DNA of 55,356 nucleotides from an uncultured Methanosarcinales archaeon (lineage in GTDB: Archaea; Nanobdellota; Nanobdellia; Woesearchaeales; JABMPP01), in contig CAZSAD010000008.1 in assembly GCA_964604995.1 (NCBI GenBank), positions 1 to 55,356 of the forward strand, read 5' to 3'. Under the pieces are notes generated by a model, which was given only the letters and a program-made list of their open reading frames with translations, had not been told where the DNA came from and searched no databases. Positions 48,985 to 55,356 of the stretch are shown piece after piece. The translations under genes were made by a program, and so were the position numbers. Position 1 is the stretch's first letter. Each line of letters starts with the position of its first letter.

Positions 48985-49710
48985 ATGATCTTAATTAATG
49001 AAACACTTTTTATTACAGAACTAATAATAAGTTTTTTTCTATGTATTTTAATGTACAAATTATTTGGAAAAACTGGGTTATTTGTCTGGGTTGGAATGTC
49101 TGTAATTTTGGCTAATATCCAAGTGATGAAAACAATTCAAATTTTTGGTTATGTTACTGCAATGGGTAATGTAATTTATTCTTCAATATTTTTAGTTTCT
49201 GATATACTAAATGAAATCTATGGCAAAGCTGAAGCAAAAAAAGCAGTATGGCTTGGTTTTTTTATATTACTTTCAACAACTATTTTAATGCAAATTACAC
49301 TCCTTTTTATTCCTCATGAATCTGATTTATTAAGTCCACATCTACAAGCTATTTTTTCATTTCTTCCAAGAATAGCGTTTGCTAGTTTGACTGCATATTT
49401 AATATCTCAATTATTTGATGTTTGGCTTTATGCTTTAATTAAAAAATTCCATGGAAAAAAATATTTATGGTTTAGAAACAATGCAAGTTCAATTATAAGT
49501 CAGCTTATTGACAATAGTATTTTCACTTTGCTTGCATTTGTTGGATTAATGTCATGGGAAATTATGTGGGAAATTTTTATTACAAGTTATATTTTAAAAA
49601 TAATAATCTCAATAAGTGATACTCCTTTTGTTTACTTAGCAAGAAGCATGAAAAAAGTTGATATCATTGGAAAAATGGTAGATGATGATCACAAAAATTC
49701 CAAAGCATAA
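48985..49710 (+). CDS. yhhQ: queuosine precursor transporter (YhhQ/COG1738/Vut_1)
   Basis: ANIQVMK, SDILNEIYG, ASLTAYLISQLFDV, WFRNNASSIISQLID and DTPF. Confidence 0.93.
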   Translation: MILINETLFITELIISFFLCILMYKLFGKTGLFVWVGMSVILANIQVMKTIQIFGYVTAMGNVIYSSIFLVSDILNEIYGKAEAKKAVWLGFFILLSTTILMQITLLFIPHESDLLSPHLQAIFSFLPRIAFASLTAYLISQLFDVWLYALIKKFHGKKYLWFRNNASSIISQLIDNSIFTLLAFVGLMSWEIMWEIFITSYILKIIISISDTPFVYLARSMKKVDIIGKMVDDDHKNSKA

Positions 49711-49840
49711 ATTATCATTATCACAATTATTTTTTTATAACTTTTTTATAATTTATTTATCTTCTTTTTTATCCCTTAAATATCTATTTGGTTTATAATA
49801 TTAGTTAATCTTTTTATAGTTTAAACTATAAATTTAGTAT

Positions 49841-50926
49841 ATGATAGATATCTTACATAAAGCTAGGTTATACAAATCTTTGTTAGATGATAAGTCAAAA
49901 GAAGGCAAAGTTAAATGTTTAGCATGTATGCAAGAATGCATTATCCCCCTAAATCATACAGGACTTTGTGGAGTTAGACAAAATAAAGAGGGCAAATTAT
50001 ATCTTTTAGTTTATGGCAAAGCTAGTGCTGTTAATTTAGATCCAATAGAAAAAAAGCCTTTATTTCATTTTCTTCCCAAAAGCAAGATTTTTTCAATTGG
50101 TACAGTTGGATGCAATTTTGGTTGTGAGTTTTGTCAGAATTGGGATTTGTCTCAAGTTACAAGAGATTTGCGCTTAAAATTATTAAAAGAAAAAAAGCCA
50201 GAATTATCAGAAATTGAAGTAAATAAATTTGGATATGATTTACCACCTAAAAAAGTTGTTGAACTTGCAAAAAAATACAATGCTCCAAGTATTGCATATA
50301 CTTACAATGAACCAACTATATTTTTTGAATATGCATATGATACTGCAAAACTCGCACACAGTATTGGTATAAAAAATGTATTTGTTAGTAATGGATATGA
50401 ATCAGAAGAAGCATTAATAAAAATAAAGCCTTATCTTGATGCAATAAATATAGATTTAAAGTCATTTGATGATAAGTTTTATCAAAAACTATGCAAAGCA
50501 AAACTTCAACCTATTTTAAACAATATCAAAAAAGTTTATGAACTTGGAATATGGCTTGAAATTACAACTCTTTTAATTCCTAATCAAAATGATTCAGATA
50601 ATGAACTTACAAAAATTGCAGAATTCATAGCAAGTATCGATTCTAATATTCCTTGGCATGTTACTGCTTTTCATCCAGAATATAAAATGGAGGATATTTT
50701 AGAAACAAAACATTCTGATCTTATTAGGGCATATAATATTGGTAAAAAAGCTGGACTAAAATATGTTTACATTGGCAATATTAATGATTCTCAAAGGAGT
50801 AATACTTACTGTCCAAAATGCAATGAACTATTAATTTCTAGAAATGGATATAACACTAAAATTGTCGGACTTGAAAAAGGAAAATGCAATAAGTGTCATG
50901 AAAAAATATCGGGTGTTTGGGAATAA
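49841..50926 (+). CDS. amrS: AmmeMemoRadiSam system radical SAM enzyme
   Basis: GLCGVR, DPIEKKPLFHF, GCNFGCEFCQNW, YTYNEP and TYCPKC. Confidence 0.95.
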   Translation: MIDILHKARLYKSLLDDKSKEGKVKCLACMQECIIPLNHTGLCGVRQNKEGKLYLLVYGKASAVNLDPIEKKPLFHFLPKSKIFSIGTVGCNFGCEFCQNWDLSQVTRDLRLKLLKEKKPELSEIEVNKFGYDLPPKKVVELAKKYNAPSIAYTYNEPTIFFEYAYDTAKLAHSIGIKNVFVSNGYESEEALIKIKPYLDAINIDLKSFDDKFYQKLCKAKLQPILNNIKKVYELGIWLEITTLLIPNQNDSDNELTKIAEFIASIDSNIPWHVTAFHPEYKMEDILETKHSDLIRAYNIGKKAGLKYVYIGNINDSQRSNTYCPKCNELLISRNGYNTKIVGLEKGKCNKCHEKISGVWE

Positions 50927-50940
50927 TTTTAGGTGGTAAA

Positions 50941-51813
50941 ATGGTTACACAAAAAACAATTAGGCCTTGTGCAGTTTGCGGTTTATTTTATCCAAGCAAC
51001 AAAAAACTATTGAATGAATTAATTGAATCCTTTCTTAGTAATGTTTCAGATACTAAAATTGAAGATGATCTTAAAGCATTAATTGTACCTCATGCAGGTT
51101 ATATTTATTCTGGGCAGACTGCATCATTTGCATATAAACTTCTATCTAAATTTAAAACACAAATAAAAAATATTATTTTAATCGGCCCATCACATTTTGA
51201 ATATTTTGAAGGTGCAGCACTCGATGGCCATAATTTTTGGCAAACTCCTCTTGGAGAAACAAAATTAAATTATAAAACTCTTTATGAAAATATTCGCCCT
51301 AATTCAAAAATTAATAATTTGAAATTGGTAGTTTCAAATACTGCACATGCAAAAGAGCATTGTTTGGAAGTTCAACTGCCATTTATTCAACATATTTATG
51401 GCGATACTTCTTTTTCATTTGTACCAATTCTTTTTGGAGACTTAAAAATAAAAGACCTTGATGAGTTAGCAGATATAATAATCAATTTATTGACAAAAAC
51501 AAAAAATCAAGAGAATAATAATCAAAAGAATAATGAAACTTTACTAATATTTAGTTCTGATCTTAGTCATTATGAGCATTATGGAACTGCAAACAGAAAA
51601 GATGCTCTTACTATTAACAGTATTTTAAGTTTAAACATTGAAAAAATGCAATCTACGGGGGATGCTTGCGGTAAATTGCCAATTTTACTTTGTCTTAAAA
51701 TTGCAAATAAATTAAATTGGAATGCTAAATTACTAAATTACAAAAATTCAGGAGATACTGCAGGAGACAAATCTAAAGTTGTAGGATATGCATCAGTTGC
51801 ATTTTTTAAATAA
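50941..51813 (+). CDS. amrB: AmmeMemoRadiSam system protein B (MEMO1 family)
   Basis: G.FYP, VPHAGYIYSG, GPSH, EHCLEVQLPF, SSDLSHY and VVGY. Confidence 0.95.
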   Translation: MVTQKTIRPCAVCGLFYPSNKKLLNELIESFLSNVSDTKIEDDLKALIVPHAGYIYSGQTASFAYKLLSKFKTQIKNIILIGPSHFEYFEGAALDGHNFWQTPLGETKLNYKTLYENIRPNSKINNLKLVVSNTAHAKEHCLEVQLPFIQHIYGDTSFSFVPILFGDLKIKDLDELADIIINLLTKTKNQENNNQKNNETLLIFSSDLSHYEHYGTANRKDALTINSILSLNIEKMQSTGDACGKLPILLCLKIANKLNWNAKLLNYKNSGDTAGDKSKVVGYASVAFFK

Positions 51814-51872
51814 TCCATTTTTATAAGATAAATCAATTGTAAATTAATTCATATAATTTTTGGTGTGATAAT

Positions 51873-52427
51873 ATGTTATCTGAAAAAGAAAGAAACTATT
51901 TGTTGAATTTAGCAAGAAAATCAATAGGTAATTATTTAGAAACTGGAAAAAAAATCAGTGAATCTGAAGAAATTCCACTTAATTTGAAAAAGAATTTTGG
52001 TGTTTTTGTAACTCTTACTTTGGATGGTGTGCTTAGAGGATGTATTGGTTATATTGAACCAATAATGCCAGTTTACAAAGCAGTAGCACAAAATGCCATT
52101 AATGCAGCATTTTCTGATTCTAGATTTGAACCTTTAACTAAAAAGGAATTTTTAAAAATAAAAATTGAAATTTCTATTCTTACATTGCCAATAGAACTAA
52201 AATATTCCAATAGTTTAGATCTATTAAAAAAATTAACAAAAAAAGAAGGAATTATTATAAAAAAAGGTTACAAATCAGCAACATTCTTGCCACAAGTTTG
52301 GGAAGAATTAAATTCAAAAGAAGAATTTTTGTCTCATCTTTGCATGAAAGCAAACCTGGATTTTGATGAATGGCAAAATGGCAAATTGCAAGTGCTAATT
52401 TATTTTGCAGAGCACTTTTCAGAATAA
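51873..52427 (+). CDS. amrA: AmmeMemoRadiSam system protein A (AMMECR1 family)
   Basis: GVFVTL, LRGCIG, AAFSDSRF, ATFLPQVW and LCMKA. Confidence 0.95.
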   Translation: MLSEKERNYLLNLARKSIGNYLETGKKISESEEIPLNLKKNFGVFVTLTLDGVLRGCIGYIEPIMPVYKAVAQNAINAAFSDSRFEPLTKKEFLKIKIEISILTLPIELKYSNSLDLLKKLTKKEGIIIKKGYKSATFLPQVWEELNSKEEFLSHLCMKANLDFDEWQNGKLQVLIYFAEHFSE

Positions 52428-52550
52428 TTAATTTTGATTATTTAATAAATACCTAGTTGTTTTTTCTCTTATTTTTTGTAAAGCTTTATAAATTTAAATT
52501 TGAAAATTTATAATTATTAGATATCTTACCATTTGTAATGGGGGGAGAAT

Positions 52551-52856
52551 ATGAAAATGTTAGCTGAATTTAAGGAATTTTTAAGTGATTATAAAGTTAT
52601 TGGCTTAGCAGTAGCGTTTATAATTGGCGCAGCGTTAACTGCTTTAGTTACTGCATTAGTAAATGATATTATTATGCCATTAGTAACACCATTTGTTCCA
52701 GGTGGAGAATGGAAAGCAGCAATTTTGCAACTAGGACCTTTTGTTTTCAAATGGGGAGATTTTGCATCAGCAGTGCTTAATTTTATCATAATTGCACTTG
52801 TTGTATTTATGATTGCAAAAAAAGTATTAAAAGAAGAAAAAGTTGCAAAGAAATAA
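52551..52856 (+). CDS. mscL: large-conductance mechanosensitive channel
   Basis: EFKEFL, GLAVAFIIG, LVNDIIMP and NFIIIA. Confidence 0.92.
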   Translation: MKMLAEFKEFLSDYKVIGLAVAFIIGAALTALVTALVNDIIMPLVTPFVPGGEWKAAILQLGPFVFKWGDFASAVLNFIIIALVVFMIAKKVLKEEKVAKK

Positions 52857-53005
52857 ATTGTTTTCTTAATAATTTTTTTATTTTTATTTTCACTTAATTT
52901 TTTCACTTAATCTTTTTATCTTTGTTCGAAATTCTTAAAATTGAAACTTAAATTTGCTACTTAACATACAATTAGTTTTATATACTCTTAATACTTCCCT
53001 AAATT

Positions 53006-54085
53006 ATGGCGCTGATTGAAAAAAAGCAAAAAAAGCAAAATTTCGTATCAACAGTAAATTTGAATATCGATACTAAAAAATCTATTTCTATTGCAACAAT
53101 TGGTAGCCATTCTGCACTTCAAATATTAAAAGGAGCTAAGGATGAAGGCTTTAAAACAATTGCAATTTGTGTTAAGGGTAAAGAAAAACCTTATCAATCT
53201 TTTAAGGTTGCAGATGAAATAATTTTAATTGATTCTTACAAAGATTTTCCTAAAATTGAAGGGGACTTAATTAAAAAAAATGCAATAATAATTCCGCATG
53301 CATCATTTATTGAATATGTTGGAATAAATAATGTTGATAAACTTAAAATTCCTTATTTTGGGAATAAAGGAGTTTTATCTTGGGAGTCAAATAGGGATAA
53401 ACAAAGAGAGTGGCTTAAAGAAGCTGGACTTAAAATACCAATGATTTTTGATGATCCTTCTAAAATAGATAGACCAGTTATTGTAAAATTTCATGGAGCA
53501 GCTGGTGGAATGGGTTATTTTTTAGCAAAAAATGAAAGTGATTTTAGACAGAAAATTTCATTGCACCCAGAAACTCGAAAATATGTTATCCAAGAATATA
53601 TTATTGGAGTTCCAATGTATGTTCATTATTTTTACAGTCCATTAACTAATGAATTAGAAGTTATGGGATTTGATGTTAGATATGAAAGCAATGTGGATTC
53701 AATTGGCAGGATTTCAGCAAGAGATCAAATTGCTCTTCCAAAAGTGGATCCAAGCTATGTTGTAGTTGGCAATATTCCTGTTGTTGTTCGCGAATCATTG
53801 TTGCCTGAAATATTTGAAATGGGGCAAAATGTTATCGATGTTTCTAAAAAAATAATGCCTCCTGGACTTTTTGGACCATTTTGTTTGGAAGGAGTTATCA
53901 CACCAGAAATGCATTTTTATATTTTTGAAATTTCAGCAAGAATTGTTGCTGGAACAAATCCATATATAATGGGATCACCCTATACTGCTCTTAGATACAA
54001 AGAGCCAATGAGTACGGGAAGAAGAATATCGCGCGAAATTAAAAATGCGATTAAACAAAAAAAACTTAAATTGTTATTACAATAA
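53006..54085 (+). CDS. purP: formate--phosphoribosylaminoimidazolecarboxamide ligase PurP
   Basis: GSHSALQI, D.RYESN, VGNIP..RESLL and FEISARIVAGTN. Confidence 0.93.
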   Translation: MALIEKKQKKQNFVSTVNLNIDTKKSISIATIGSHSALQILKGAKDEGFKTIAICVKGKEKPYQSFKVADEIILIDSYKDFPKIEGDLIKKNAIIIPHASFIEYVGINNVDKLKIPYFGNKGVLSWESNRDKQREWLKEAGLKIPMIFDDPSKIDRPVIVKFHGAAGGMGYFLAKNESDFRQKISLHPETRKYVIQEYIIGVPMYVHYFYSPLTNELEVMGFDVRYESNVDSIGRISARDQIALPKVDPSYVVVGNIPVVVRESLLPEIFEMGQNVIDVSKKIMPPGLFGPFCLEGVITPEMHFYIFEISARIVAGTNPYIMGSPYTALRYKEPMSTGRRISREIKNAIKQKKLKLLLQ

Positions 54086-54215
54086 AAGTGGTTATTACAA
54101 TAAAACTATTGTAATAAAATTATATTAAAAATAAAAATTTAATAAACAATATAATATAAAATAATTGTAAATAAAAATAACATACATAAATGCGTTGTAA
54201 ATAGAGGCGATAAAT

Positions 54216-55343
54216 ATGATAACTCAAGAACACATAAAAAAACTACTCAAAGGGTATGATTTAAACAACATCACAATTGGAGTTTTAGGTGGCCATTCTG
54301 CTCTTGATGTATGTTGTGGAGCAAAAAAATTAGGATTTAAAACAGTTGCAGTATGCCAAAAGGGCAGAGAAAAAACTTACGATACTTATTTCAAATCTAA
54401 AGATGGGAAAGGAATTATTGACCATACAATTATTGTTGATAAATTTTCAGATGTTATGAATAAGGATGTGCAAGAAAAACTTCGTTCACTTAATACTATT
54501 TTTATACACAATAGATATTTTTGGGTATACTGTCCATTTGAACAAGTTGAAAATGAGTTCAATGTTCCAATTTTTGGAACAAGAAATATGGTAAGGCTTG
54601 AAGAAAGACATGTTCCAAACAATCAATATTCAATACTTATTCAAGCAGGAATTAGAATTCCTAAAATTTTCAAAAAACCAGAAGATATTGATAAACTAAG
54701 TATTGTAAAAGTTGCAGAATCAAAAAGAAGTTATGAACGCGCATTTTTCTTTGTAAAAGATGTTCATGATTTCAAAAGAAAAGCCGAATCTTTGATAACA
54801 AGAGGCATAATAAAAAAAGAAGCATTAGATATTGCAGTAATTGAAGAATATATCGTTGGTGCACACATCAATCTTAACTTTTTTTATTCTCCATTAACTA
54901 ACCAACTCGAACTACTTGGAACTGATACAAGAAGACAGACAAATCTTGATGGCTTACTTAGACTTCCAGCTGAAGAGCAAACAGAAGTTTTGAGATATGT
55001 AAAACCTAAATATATAGAAACAGGTCACATTGCTGTTACAATGAAAGAAAGTTTGCTTGAAAAAGCATTTGAATTGGGGGAAAGATTTGTTGAAACAACA
55101 AAAAAAATAAATCCAACTGGAATTATTGGTCCATTTGCTTTGCAAGGAGCAGTTGTTGCTGAAGAAGGCAAAGAAGAATTTGTAATATTTGATGTTTCAA
55201 TGAGAATTCCTGGAAGTCCTGGTACAAGATTCACTCCTTACAGTGGTTATCTTTATGGAAAAGAGCTAAGTTATGGCGATAGAATTGCCATGGAGATAAC
55301 TGAAGCTATTAAACAAGGTAAATTAGACCTTATTTGCACTTGA
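54216..55343 (+). CDS. PurP-like paralogue (DUF1246/DUF1297 ATP-grasp)
   Basis: GGHSALDV, DTRRQTNLDG, GH...T.KESLL and DVSMRIPGSPG. Confidence 0.9.
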   Translation: MITQEHIKKLLKGYDLNNITIGVLGGHSALDVCCGAKKLGFKTVAVCQKGREKTYDTYFKSKDGKGIIDHTIIVDKFSDVMNKDVQEKLRSLNTIFIHNRYFWVYCPFEQVENEFNVPIFGTRNMVRLEERHVPNNQYSILIQAGIRIPKIFKKPEDIDKLSIVKVAESKRSYERAFFFVKDVHDFKRKAESLITRGIIKKEALDIAVIEEYIVGAHINLNFFYSPLTNQLELLGTDTRRQTNLDGLLRLPAEEQTEVLRYVKPKYIETGHIAVTMKESLLEKAFELGERFVETTKKINPTGIIGPFALQGAVVAEEGKEEFVIFDVSMRIPGSPGTRFTPYSGYLYGKELSYGDRIAMEITEAIKQGKLDLICT

Positions 55344-55356
55344 GTTATACTATCAT

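Overview
Very AT-rich archaeal chromosomal segment. Gene content (histone, Alba, thermosome, Spt5, class I LysRS, Taw1 and PurP alongside bacterial-type TGT, GlyA, RibB, MscL and 5-formyl-THF cyclo-ligase) and TATA/BRE promoters suggest a DPANN archaeon, probably Woesearchaeota (inference). It is a scaffold with four 10-N gaps, all in or adjoining coding sequence; three of them create false fusions or frameshifts in the ORF track. Main contents: the ftsZ-secE-spt5-rpl11 cluster, slyD, rps3ae, an intron-containing tRNA-Lys(CUU), lysS, hisS, de novo purine/C1 genes (purF, purD, two purP, glyA), a deoxyhypusine-synthase-like/agmatinase-like pair, a ~12.6 kb type IV pilus-like locus, and a tgt-yhhQ queuosine-salvage pair next to an AmmeMemoRadiSam triad. 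Best leads: (1) the tgt/yhhQ/AmmeMemoRadiSam cluster; (2) the pilus locus, with a giant internally duplicated Cys-rich protein and a winged-helix + 74-aa-repeat protein; (3) a GC-rich structured element starting with a copy of the tRNA-Lys 5' end; (4) a long hairpin leader on rpl11; (5) two microproteins missed by the ORF track. All calls come from reading motifs by eye; no database searches were run. No CRISPR array, rRNA, integrase or transposase was seen.
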